Of a stretch of DNA of 32,000 nt, positions 18,130 to 27,378 are shown piece after piece. The translations under genes and the position numbers were made by a program. Each line of letters starts with the position of its first letter. Position 1 is the first letter of the stretch. Source of the DNA: Promethearchaeia archaeon (lineage in GTDB: Archaea > Asgardarchaeota > Lokiarchaeia > Sigyniarchaeales > SOKP01); NCBI GenBank assembly GCA_046497275.1, contig JAWOFX010000097.1, positions 1-32,000 of the forward strand, written 5' to 3'. The notes under the pieces were generated by a model. That model saw only the letters and a list, made by a program, of their open reading frames with translations, did no database searches and had not been told where the DNA came from.

Positions 18130-19410
18130 TTAAGAATTAATTAATTTTTGATAAAGGTGATGAGTTTTTTCAGCTATTATCGTCCAATTTAAATTCTCTC
18201 TCACTTTCCTCTGACCTGCTTTACCCAATTTTTTCCTTAATTTCTTATGATTTAATAGCTGTAAAACTTTTTCTTTAATATCTACGGGATCATCAAATTT
18301 TACTAATAATCCATCGGATTTATTTTTAATAACTTCAGAGGTTGCGGCTAAGTCTGCTCCGATCACTGGTTTTCCTGAAGCCCAAGCTTCTAAATAAGCA
18401 ATACCAAAAGCATCACTTCTACTTGGCATTAAATATATCTCTGTTTCCCTAAACGCAGATATCTTATATTTATCAAAATAACCTGATAAATTATCGGGTG
18501 TAAGATTAATGATCCTTACTTCCTTTAATTTTTTAATTTTTGACAATTCCCGATTAAAGGCTTGAGTAGAAGGTCCAATAAAGACAAAATATAATTTGTT
18601 AAATTCTTCTAGAATGTAAGGAATGGATTTCAAAATCGAAATTGCTCCTTTTTCATAATTCTTATAACCGCAAAATAGTATCATTTTATAATTTTGTTCT
18701 CCTTTTTTAAAGAATTTTTTCTTAAAACTAACATTTTTATCGAATTTGTTGAATTTCTCATAATCAACACCCATCGGAATAACGTTTATGATTTTTTCAT
18801 CTATTTTTAAGTTACGGAGTAAAAAAATCTTCTCTTTATTAGTGCAAGCAATCAATTTGTCAAACTTCGGAATTATTTCCATTAAATCCTTATCTAAATA
18901 TCTTGGATTTTCAAAATGAAAAAAAGGAGTACATATTGTTGGTATTTGCAATTTCTCTCCAAAAATTAAAGCATTTAGTAAATTAAAGTAAGGATAATAA
19001 GTTGTATGAATTAGATCGAATTCATTAAGGTCATTTCGCGAAAGATTAAGGAAATTTGTAATAAAAGGGCCGTTATCTAAAAACTTAGTTAAACAATTAT
19101 CCGAGATTTTTAAATTTTTATATTCGTCAATTGATTTTATTATCTCTAATTTTTCTTCTAATGTAAATTCATAATCTATAGGAAATCTATTAATTTTGAC
19201 CTTATTCACTTTTGAATAGTATTTATTTCTTTCTTCAAGAATCCTTCCACTTGAGGATCGTAAAGCGGAAAAATCAATTGCGTTTGAAGTCCAAATATAA
19301 ACATTATAATTAAGTTTTTGTTGGAAAATCTCTGCTAATCTTTGAAAATAGAATTCTGCACCTGAAATAGCAGGAAAATATCTCGTCGGAAGGTACAAAA
19401 TAGATACCAT
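18130..19410 (-). CDS. GT4 (GT-B) glycosyltransferase
   Basis: YFPAISGAE, VIPMGVDYE, PSRSDAFGIAYLEAWASGKPVI and DGLLV. Confidence 0.92.
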   Translation of the reverse strand: MVSILYLPTRYFPAISGAEFYFQRLAEIFQQKLNYNVYIWTSNAIDFSALRSSSGRILEERNKYYSKVNKVKINRFPIDYEFTLEEKLEIIKSIDEYKNLKISDNCLTKFLDNGPFITNFLNLSRNDLNEFDLIHTTYYPYFNLLNALIFGEKLQIPTICTPFFHFENPRYLDKDLMEIIPKFDKLIACTNKEKIFLLRNLKIDEKIINVIPMGVDYEKFNKFDKNVSFKKKFFKKGEQNYKMILFCGYKNYEKGAISILKSIPYILEEFNKLYFVFIGPSTQAFNRELSKIKKLKEVRIINLTPDNLSGYFDKYKISAFRETEIYLMPSRSDAFGIAYLEAWASGKPVIGADLAATSEVIKNKSDGLLVKFDDPVDIKEKVLQLLNHKKLRKKLGKAGQRKVRENLNWTIIAEKTHHLYQKLINS

Positions 19411-19459
19411 ATTTTTTTATAAAATTTGCTTTATTATTTATTATTAGTAATAAAAGATA

Positions 19460-19861
19460 ATGTTTGAGATGTCAAAAGATTTTTTTGAAGTCTTTTTAAA
19501 AAAAGTGGAAAAAAAAGGAATAATTGATGAAGAAATAATAAATATAATAGAAAATAGATTTTCTATCAAGTCAGATTTAGTATTAGAAACACTTAAGAGA
19601 GGGATTACGAAATATTTATATAAACCATCCAATAGGATTCTCTGGACAGCTTTAGGTATCGAAAAAGAACATATTATATATCCTAAATTATATTGTAGTT
19701 GTCGGGATTTCTATAAAGAAGTGGTGATAAATAAAAATCGTAATGTATGTAAACATTTGATTGCTCAAGTGATATCTGTTGCTCTTAATACCTTTAATTA
19801 TGTAGAATTGGAAGATAAAGAATTTGAAATGAGGGTTGAGGAATTAAAGTCAGAATTTTAA
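19460..19861 (+). CDS. SWIM zinc-finger protein
   Basis: CxC...CxH motif: YCSCRDF...VCKHLIA. Confidence 0.8.
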   Translation: MFEMSKDFFEVFLKKVEKKGIIDEEIINIIENRFSIKSDLVLETLKRGITKYLYKPSNRILWTALGIEKEHIIYPKLYCSCRDFYKEVVINKNRNVCKHLIAQVISVALNTFNYVELEDKEFEMRVEELKSEF

Positions 19862-20488
19862 GATTTTAACATTCTCTAAAGAATTCGAAATAAGTTGAGA
19901 GAGATTTAATAATTTTTCAGTATTTTCAATCTCCTTTTCCTTTGCATTTGTTTCCGGATATTGTGGAAAATATTGACAAGATTGAATTTTATATGAACTT
20001 ATATCATAAAGCCCAATTTTTTTATTTAAATTAATAATTTGCTGCTTATTTAGACCGATTAATGGAGATAATTTTATAAAGTTGGTAAAAATTTCATTAT
20101 AAGAATATAAATTCGATAATGTTTGACTGGCTTGCTCTCCTAAGATATCCCCGGTCAGAATAAGATTAGTTCCTTCCATTTTCGCAACTTTAAAAGCAAT
20201 CCGAAACATTAATCTTTTACATAGGATGCAAGTTAATTTTCGAGGACATTTTGTCTTAAAAATTTCCAAATTTGAAGTATGAGGTATAATAAAAAGTTTT
20301 AATTGGTCATTAGTATAATCAGATAATTTTTTTACAATCTTTTTAATTTTTCTCATCATTTCCATATCTAATTTAGAGGTCGTGATGAAGGAAACAAAAA
20401 TAGGTGTAAAGCCCATTTTTATCATAAGATATGATGCAACCGGGCTGTCAAATCCATCTGAGAGTAGTGATATTATTCTTTTATTCAA
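19850..20488 (-). CDS. ThiI-like PP-loop sulfurtransferase, catalytic domain only (no NFLD/THUMP)
   Basis: SLLSDGFDSPVA, LTCILCKRLMFR, TGDILGEQASQTL-x-NL, PLIGLNKQQII and CQYFPQYPET. Only 212 aa. Confidence 0.8.
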   Translation of the reverse strand: MNKRIISLLSDGFDSPVASYLMIKMGFTPIFVSFITTSKLDMEMMRKIKKIVKKLSDYTNDQLKLFIIPHTSNLEIFKTKCPRKLTCILCKRLMFRIAFKVAKMEGTNLILTGDILGEQASQTLSNLYSYNEIFTNFIKLSPLIGLNKQQIINLNKKIGLYDISSYKIQSCQYFPQYPETNAKEKEIENTEKLLNLSQLISNSLENVKILKF

Positions 20489-21086
20489 CGCATATTTCCA
20501 CCCGTTCCCAATTTTGCAAAGATTTATTAAAATCGTCCAAAGATATTTTTCTTGATATATTTATCTTCTTATCAGTCTCTAATCTTCTTATTTTAAGCAT
20601 TAATTTTTTATTTTTCTTTAGATGTTCCTCAGCATTTCTATATTCATCTTTGAAAACTTCCTTTATACTTTTCCAATCTAATTTTTTCAAACGATTGTAA
20701 TTCTCTTCCTTACTTACAAATTTACATAGAGGATCAATAGAAATTTGAAAATTAAATGCATCTTCTTGTTTTAATGATAATGGATATGCTTTACATGCGA
20801 TTGGTTTTACATTTTGAATTTTACATCCCTCATTTTTACTGTAAAATGGACATGATTGGGTTTCATTTTCAAATTTAATTTTATAGGTAAGGACTATTAT
20901 TTTCTGATTTAAAATATCAGGAAAAACTAAATCTTCAATCACTTTGAAATTTATATCTCTTTTTTGTGCGATTTTAATTAATCTATCGACTTCATCAGGA
21001 TACAAAGGTATTCTTTTACTATATTCACCTGGTATCTCATAACAGCAACTTCCACACTTCATGCATTGATATTTAAGTGTTTTCAT
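20481..21086 (-). CDS. YkgJ/UPF0153 cysteine-cluster (CxxCxxCC) protein
   Basis: QCMKCGSCC, CPFY...GCKI-x-x-x-KP-x-x-C-x-x-YP and DPLC. Its stop overlaps the ThiI-like start by 8 nt. Confidence 0.87.
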   Translation of the reverse strand: MKTLKYQCMKCGSCCYEIPGEYSKRIPLYPDEVDRLIKIAQKRDINFKVIEDLVFPDILNQKIIVLTYKIKFENETQSCPFYSKNEGCKIQNVKPIACKAYPLSLKQEDAFNFQISIDPLCKFVSKEENYNRLKKLDWKSIKEVFKDEYRNAEEHLKKNKKLMLKIRRLETDKKINISRKISLDDFNKSLQNWERVEICVE

Positions 21087-21433
21087 GGATTCGTTTAATT
21101 TTAAGTTTTTAGATACATCTAAATCTAATAATAAATATCCAGAAATATTATATCTTTAATATATTAATAATTTATTAGAATTTTGATTTTAATCGATTTC
21201 TTTTTATAATATAATTATCTCAAGAAATTCTTATCTTTAATTTGTTTAAGAATTTTGTAAAATATTTTTTTATTCAAAATTTACTAAATCTTTACTCTTG
21301 ATCTATTTGGATATTATATAATTAAAAATAATCTAAGAAATTATTCAATTTTAGATGTTCTTAAAAAAACATCTTGATAATATTCGTAAATTAATATTCA
21401 CATACCTATTTTTAAAATAGTGAGAAATTTTAA

Positions 21434-22273
21434 GTGGTAAAAAATATGATGAATGAATCTGTTCTTTCAGGCATTAGAATAATAAAACATATGAATCTTA
21501 CTCAAAAAGATTTTATTAATCCAATTGCAGTTTTGGGAATGCCGGGCATCGCTGATGTCGGAAAGTTTGCAATAGATACTCTGATTGGGCAATTACATGC
21601 TCAAAATTATATGGACATTATTTTTGATGATTATCCTGCTGGAGCTATTGTCGATGACAGCTTATTATCTGCTCCTAAAGCAGAAGTCTTATTTTGGAAA
21701 GATCCTCTGAAAAAGAGAGACATAATTTTAATTACTGCTGATGCTCAAAGTCTTACACCAAAAGGAATATATAAAATATCAAATTTCTTAACGGAGATAA
21801 TATATAACTGTGGTATTAATCTCATTATTGCTCTTGGTGCGTATCCAGTTAATAGTAGTAATTTAAGTACGAGGATTCCAAAAATATTTGTAAGTTCCAC
21901 CAGTAAGGAGCTTCTTGGAACATTCCTAGAAAAAAATCATTGCGAAAGGATTCAAAAAGGAGTGATCATTGGAGCAAATGGATTAATCCCAACCTTAGCC
22001 AAGGCAAGATTTAACACAGAGGGCTTAGTATTATTAGCTGAAACAGATAATATAGCTATCATTAATGAAGATATTACAGATTTAAAAGCCTCAATAACAC
22101 TTTTAGAGATGGTTAAGGAATCTTTTAATCTTCCGATAAAAAAGAAATATTCATTAGATAATCTTGATGATATTTCTAAAAATCTTAAATCAAAACGTGA
22201 AAAGTTAGAGAAAGATCTTGAAACTTTACAGATTATGGATACAGAAGAGAAGAGAAAATCATTATATATCTAA
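21434..22273 (+). CDS. PAC2-family proteasome assembly chaperone-like protein
   Basis: VLGMPGIADVGKFA, IILITADAQ, IIALGAY, IIGANGLI and LAET. GTG start in the track; ATG at 21446 is possible. Confidence 0.85.
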   Translation: MVKNMMNESVLSGIRIIKHMNLTQKDFINPIAVLGMPGIADVGKFAIDTLIGQLHAQNYMDIIFDDYPAGAIVDDSLLSAPKAEVLFWKDPLKKRDIILITADAQSLTPKGIYKISNFLTEIIYNCGINLIIALGAYPVNSSNLSTRIPKIFVSSTSKELLGTFLEKNHCERIQKGVIIGANGLIPTLAKARFNTEGLVLLAETDNIAIINEDITDLKASITLLEMVKESFNLPIKKKYSLDNLDDISKNLKSKREKLEKDLETLQIMDTEEKRKSLYI

Positions 22274-22514
22274 AATACACGTTTTTTAACACTTCTTTTT
22301 AATTTTTTCTTATGTTTAAAAGATTAACGGAAATAAATTCTATTTAGAAACTTCGTAATAATGAACCTTATAAAACTACTCGTCTCCTTGCATTTTAATC
22401 GATAAATTTTTTAATTATAAAAAATATTCTAGTATAATAAGAGTCTTTCCTAAATAATGTTAGCTAGAATTATTTCGGGGAATCTCGTAAATAATAAAAT
22501 AATAGTGAAACGTT

Positions 22515-22658
22515 TTGGATTATGTTTGTGCCCGTTGCGGCAAGTCTGTATCAAGAAAGGAGTTAAATGCCTTACCTGGTATTAAATGCTCCCATTGTGG
22601 TTATCGAATTCTCTATAAAAAAAGACCTGAAGTAATTAAAAGGTTAAAGGTCCAATAA
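22515..22658 (+). CDS. rpoP: DNA-directed RNA polymerase subunit P (Rpo12/RPB12 homolog), 47 aa; absent from the ORF track
   Basis: Hand translation from TTG gives MDYVCARCGKSVSRKELNALPGIKCSHCGYRILYKKRPEVIKRLKVQ, with the YxCxxCG...CxxCGYRILYKxR signature. An in-frame TGA at 22506 fixes the start. Confidence 0.93.
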   Translation: MDYVCARCGKSVSRKELNALPGIKCSHCGYRILYKKRPEVIKRLKVQ

Positions 22659-22748
22659 ATTTGAAAAACTTTTTCTAATTTTAATTAACTTTAATTCGAG
22701 AAAAATATGTGATATTTATTTTTTATTATAGGAAATCTGATAGCCATT

Positions 22749-23675
22749 CTATATTGGTTTAATTAAGTTATCATAACTCAGTGAATTGATTAATTCTTTA
22801 TACCTATTCCGAATTGTTGTCTCAGTAACACCAGAGACATATGAGATTTCTTTTTGGGTCCTTCTTTCTCCTTGTTCTAGTGCCGCCAAATAGAGAGCGG
22901 CTCCCGCCAACCCTGTGGGGGCTTTTCCAGCAGTCAATCGATGTTTTTTTGCTAATTTGATTAATTCGGCCGCTCTATTTTGAGTTTTTCCTGAGAGGTT
23001 TAATTCTGCACTAAATCTAGGTATAAAATTAATCGGAGAGGAGACACAAATATTAATTTTGAGTTCTTTTATAATCAAACGATAACATCTCGCAATTTGT
23101 TTTTTATCAACAGAGGTGTATTCAATAAAATCATCGAGAGTTTTGGGAATTTGATTGAGTCTGCATGTTAAATAGATAGAAGCAATAAGCATAGCTTCAA
23201 TAGATCTACCTCTTATTAATCCTTTATTTGCCATTTTCCTATAAATATGAGCTGCCCTTTCTTTAAGATCTCTGGAAATATTAAGTTGAGAAGATAAGCG
23301 ATCCAACTGATTCATGGCATAAGATAAATTTCTGTCAATAGATTTATTTGTTCTTGTTCTTGTGTTCCATTTTCTTAATCTATAGATTTCTGCTTTTCTC
23401 TTCGGTGAAAGTTTTTGTCCAAATGCGTCTTTGTTCTTCCATCCTATGATTGTACTTAACCCTTTATCGTGTAAAGTTAAAGTTGTTGGAGCCCCCACAC
23501 GAACTTTTTTTTTCGCTTCTTCTGTCGAGAATGCACGCCATTCAGGGCCACAATCAATTAATTTTTGGTTTATAACTAATCCGCAATCATTACAAATTAT
23601 TTCAGCTCTTGAATCATCAATTATTAAATTGCAATTACCACATTCTGGACAAAGATTAAAATTTTCTTGAGGCAT
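22749..23675 (-). CDS. tfb: Transcription initiation factor IIB
   Basis: Zn ribbon CPECG...CNDCG, B-reader IDCGPEWRAF, LHDKGLST, LRKW, GLIRGRSIE, and GKAPTGLAGAALY...RRTQKE...VTETTIRNRYKE. Confidence 0.97.
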   Translation of the reverse strand: MPQENFNLCPECGNCNLIIDDSRAEIICNDCGLVINQKLIDCGPEWRAFSTEEAKKKVRVGAPTTLTLHDKGLSTIIGWKNKDAFGQKLSPKRKAEIYRLRKWNTRTRTNKSIDRNLSYAMNQLDRLSSQLNISRDLKERAAHIYRKMANKGLIRGRSIEAMLIASIYLTCRLNQIPKTLDDFIEYTSVDKKQIARCYRLIIKELKINICVSSPINFIPRFSAELNLSGKTQNRAAELIKLAKKHRLTAGKAPTGLAGAALYLAALEQGERRTQKEISYVSGVTETTIRNRYKELINSLSYDNLIKPI

Positions 23676-24026
23676 AAATATATCTATTATATAAATATCA
23701 TCTCTTTAATTTCAATAATTATTCTCGCACTTTTAAATATTTCCGTTTTAATAAATTGCTTAATTAATAAATAGAAAGAAAATTTTATTAATATGAAGAA
23801 TTAAATCAAATTAGTCGATAGATTATTTTTGTCGGAGGATGAGAGTTAGAGTGAATTTTATTAGTAAAATTTTCAAATAATAAAATATAGAAGGGGTTAA
23901 AATTTTCCAGTTAATTATCTTGCTAAAGGATTAGAATAATTTGCATTATTCCATTATTTCAAATAGAGTTATAATTACCTTTTAAGATTAATCAAAAGTT
24001 TTTAATATTTTTTTATTTTTATAATT

Positions 24027-24464
24027 ATGATGCGCCGATTTTCAAAAAGTCATGGACCACATTGTTATCTTCGTTCCTTTAAGACAGAATGTCCAAAATG
24101 TGGAGCAGAAATTCTATATTGGGAATGTACACACGGTTGTAAAGTATTTTTTGAATATCCACCATATGGAAAATTAATAAAACATAAATGTAAAAATATT
24201 AAAGACAGATCCACTAAAAATAAATATAAAGTTATAGTTAAACGACCAAAGGGTTTACTAGAAAATACTTCGAAATATTGTCCAGCATGTGGAAAAGTAT
24301 TCGATAATCAAAAAAGGCTCAATGATCATATTAAACAGATGCAAAAATTCGATTATTTTCACCAGATAATAGGAGTGAAAAATAATGAAAATAATTCTAT
24401 GAGCTCGGATAAGGATAAAAAAGAATATGATCCTCCAAAATTTGGACAAATAAACTTAATATAA
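24027..24464 (+). CDS. Uncharacterised multi-Cys/His zinc-binding protein
   Basis: H-x-x-HC...CPKCG...C-x-HGC...KHKC, followed by a C2H2-like CPACGKVF-x-x-x-x-x-L-x-x-H. Confidence 0.65.
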   Translation: MMRRFSKSHGPHCYLRSFKTECPKCGAEILYWECTHGCKVFFEYPPYGKLIKHKCKNIKDRSTKNKYKVIVKRPKGLLENTSKYCPACGKVFDNQKRLNDHIKQMQKFDYFHQIIGVKNNENNSMSSDKDKKEYDPPKFGQINLI

Positions 24465-24604
24465 GGTTGTAAATACATATTTAATTCGAAATTTTAAAAA
24501 ATGTTTTATCAATATTCTAAAATATTAAGTCATAGAAAATTTTAATAATATTAATTTAGATATATCAATTAAACAAATAACTAGTTTAGGATAAAAATAT
24601 AATT

Positions 24605-25219
24605 ATGCCAGTTGCACCTCAAGAGGCTGTTTCTCATTTAATGCAGAAAGACCCATCTATTATTGCAGCAGTAGTGGTTGAAGGAAAGGGCAATTTAATA
24701 TTTCAAACTGATAATTGGGATGTGACTCCAGATTTAGACCGTGTATTATCCAGTTGGAGAGGTCAAAATGCTCAATTCATCAAAATATCTGGAGTAAAAT
24801 ATTCTATGCTACAATGTACAGGCGAAAGAATGGCAGCAACCTCTATTAAAGGTGAAGGGAGCATAGTTGCTGCAAAAGATGAGGAGCATGCTTTAATAGC
24901 ATATGTCTCTCCTGAGGGAGATATGAGAGGAGCTATGATGGATACTGCTCGTGCTGTAGGAGATATGAGTTCTAGTAAACCCTATATGGAAGAAGAGGGC
25001 CAGCTTGGAAAAGAAATGGAGGGGACAGCACAAGCTCAAAGCGCCTCGAGTAATATTGATCCTGAATTAAAAGCAGAGATTGAATCCTTTTTACAATGGG
25101 TAAAAGATGACGAAGGTTTAGCAGGTTATATAAGATATTATTTACAACAAAATAACATACAGATAATTTCTCAATTATCGCAAGTTTATTCTGAGTTACG
25201 GCAATTATTTGGTGTTTAA
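24605..25219 (+). CDS. Asgard-type profilin domain (about aa 1-122) fused by a linker to an extra C-terminal helical domain (about aa 150-204)
   Basis: GNLIFQTDNWDV, ISGVKYSMLQCTGERMAATSIKGEGSIV and ALIAYVSP resemble, from memory, Loki profilin segments of the type GELITQTENWNI, IQGIKYMI...ER...T-x-I-x-G-x-G and ALITYVNP. Confidence 0.72.
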   Translation: MPVAPQEAVSHLMQKDPSIIAAVVVEGKGNLIFQTDNWDVTPDLDRVLSSWRGQNAQFIKISGVKYSMLQCTGERMAATSIKGEGSIVAAKDEEHALIAYVSPEGDMRGAMMDTARAVGDMSSSKPYMEEEGQLGKEMEGTAQAQSASSNIDPELKAEIESFLQWVKDDEGLAGYIRYYLQQNNIQIISQLSQVYSELRQLFGV

Positions 25220-25364
25220 ACTTTAGAATAAAAATAATTATAATTTAATCCATTGAGATTTTAAATATATTATCTAATTAATTATTCTTTGATTTATTGT
25301 CTTAAACAGAGAAAATTATTTTTGTATCAATAAGTTTAAAATTATTATTAGATTATCGGATGCA

Positions 25365-26447
25365 ATGACTGTAAATGTCGGAGTTGTTGGTGCTAGTGGG
25401 TTTGCTGGAGGAGAAACTGTTAGAATATTATCCAATCATCCAAATGTTAACTTAAATTATATAACATCGAGAAGATTGATTGGTAAATATTTTCATTCTG
25501 TTTATCCGAATTTAAGAAATATTGTTAATTATAAATTTGAAAAATTTAATATTAAAATAGCACAAGAGAAATGTGATATAATTTTCCTCGCCACACCCCA
25601 TGGAATTTCTCAAGATTTAGTACCTTCATTATTAGAAGTTGGCCTGAAAGTTATTGATTTAAGTGCGGATTTTCGTTTAAAAAATCTTGATATTTATAAG
25701 AAATATTATAAAAAAAATCATTCTCATCCTGAACTATTTCAAAAAGCAGTTTATGGATTACCAGAACTACATCGTGATGAAATAAAAGATGCTAATTTAA
25801 TTGCTGTTGCGGGATGTCATGCATCTAGTGCTATTTATGGTTTATATCCATTAGTTCAAGAAAATTTAATCGATACATCCAAAATTATTGTTGATTCAAA
25901 AACAGGATCGTCTGGATCTGGAAAAGGTGTAAATGAATCAACTCATCATTCAATAAGAGCAAACAGCATACGTCCTTATAAAATGACAGGCCATCGACAC
26001 ACCGCCGAAATAGAACAAGAATTGGAAAGAATATTGAAGGATAAAAATATTGAACAAGAAAAAGTAAAGATAGGGTTTTCTGCTCATGCAGTGAATTTAG
26101 TTAGAGGAATTTTATCAACATGTCATGCTTTTTTTCCTAATAATATTGAAATTAATGAAAAAATGCTATTTAGAACTTATCGCAAAGCATTTAGAGAGGA
26201 ACCTTTTTTACGTTTGATTAATCAAAATACGGGTATCTTTAGATTACCAGATCCTAAAGTAATAGTGGGTACAAATTATTGTGACGTGGGATTTCAATTA
26301 GATGATCATTTAAATCGAATAGTAATTTTATGTACACTCGATAACATCGTTAAAGGCACAGCAGGTAATGCTATTCAGTCAATGAATATTATGCTAAAAA
26401 TTTCAGAAAAGGCTGGATTAGATTTTCCAGGTTATTTTCCTTCTTAA
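25365..26447 (+). CDS. lysY: N-acetyl-gamma-glutamyl-phosphate reductase family, LysW-dependent LysY/ArgC type
   Basis: GASGFAGGE, FLATPHG, IDLSADFRL, AVYGLPELHR, catalytic AGC, and GHRHTAEI (LysY-like rather than HRHxPEI), plus DNIVKGTAGNAIQSMN. Confidence 0.85.
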   Translation: MTVNVGVVGASGFAGGETVRILSNHPNVNLNYITSRRLIGKYFHSVYPNLRNIVNYKFEKFNIKIAQEKCDIIFLATPHGISQDLVPSLLEVGLKVIDLSADFRLKNLDIYKKYYKKNHSHPELFQKAVYGLPELHRDEIKDANLIAVAGCHASSAIYGLYPLVQENLIDTSKIIVDSKTGSSGSGKGVNESTHHSIRANSIRPYKMTGHRHTAEIEQELERILKDKNIEQEKVKIGFSAHAVNLVRGILSTCHAFFPNNIEINEKMLFRTYRKAFREEPFLRLINQNTGIFRLPDPKVIVGTNYCDVGFQLDDHLNRIVILCTLDNIVKGTAGNAIQSMNIMLKISEKAGLDFPGYFPS

Positions 26448-26551
26448 TTAATAAGTTATTATTGAAATCTTCTTGAAAAATAGATATTAAATATGATAGA
26501 ATTAATTATTAAATAATTCTTCTATTAATTATATCATTCTAAGAATGAGGT

Positions 26552-27364
26552 GTGAATAATATTTCTGGTTATATAGGAAAAAGCATTAGGTTAGAACGAA
26601 TAATGAATCGGGAGAATGGAAGAACTATCATAATACCAATGGATCACGGATTAACTGTTGGTCCGATAAAAGGAATTGAAAAAAATCTTGGGGAAATAGT
26701 CAATAAAATTGCTTTAGGTGGTGCAAACGCGGTTCTCGGACATATTGGGATCCCACTTTATGCTCATCGTGGTTATGGTCCAGATATCGGATTAATTCTT
26801 CATCTCTCAGGTTCAACATCGATAAGTCCTTCCAAAAATTATAAAGTTCTAGTAAATACTGTATTAGAAGCTGTAAAAATTGGAGCTGATGGGGTTTCTC
26901 TACATATTAATATTGGCACGAAATCAGATCCAGAAATGCTGGAGATTTTAGGCACTATTTCCAGAGAATGTAGGGAATATGGAATGCCTTTAATTGCTAT
27001 GATGTATCCCAGAGGAGAGAATATTCAAGATGAACATGCCGTTGAAGTTGTGAAGATAGCTGCTCGCGCTGCTGCAGAATTAGGGGCAGATATAGTAAAA
27101 ACAAATTGGACAGGAGACCAAGATTCATTTAAGGAAGTTGTTGAGGGATGTATGGCGCCTGTTATAATTGCTGGTGGAGAAAAAGGAGGAATACGAGACA
27201 TTTTGGAGATTACTAAACAATCGATAAGTGTTGGAGGAGCAGGTGTAGCTTTTGGGAGAAATGTATTTCAAACAGAAAATCCCACAAATACCGTGAGAGC
27301 GTTATATCTAATAGTTCACCAAAATTATGAAGTAGATGAGGCAATTAAAGAAGCCGGATTATAA
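26552..27364 (+). CDS. Class I aldolase, probably 2-amino-3,7-dideoxy-D-threo-hept-6-ulosonate synthase (archaeal AroA')
   Basis: GK-x-IRLERIMNR-x-x-GRTIIIPMDHG, LILHLSGST, MMYPRG, GADIVKT, AGG and GRNVFQ. GTG start with a GAGGT SD-like motif. Confidence 0.8.
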   Translation: MNNISGYIGKSIRLERIMNRENGRTIIIPMDHGLTVGPIKGIEKNLGEIVNKIALGGANAVLGHIGIPLYAHRGYGPDIGLILHLSGSTSISPSKNYKVLVNTVLEAVKIGADGVSLHINIGTKSDPEMLEILGTISRECREYGMPLIAMMYPRGENIQDEHAVEVVKIAARAAAELGADIVKTNWTGDQDSFKEVVEGCMAPVIIAGGEKGGIRDILEITKQSISVGGAGVAFGRNVFQTENPTNTVRALYLIVHQNYEVDEAIKEAGL

Positions 27365-27378
27365 TTAAAATAAAGGAT

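Noticed and set aside
21087-21433. Very AT-rich 350-nt intergenic tract as a replication origin or repeat array
   Set aside because: No ORB-like G-string repeats, no cdc6/orc1 neighbour and no periodic repeat. It fits a divergent promoter region.
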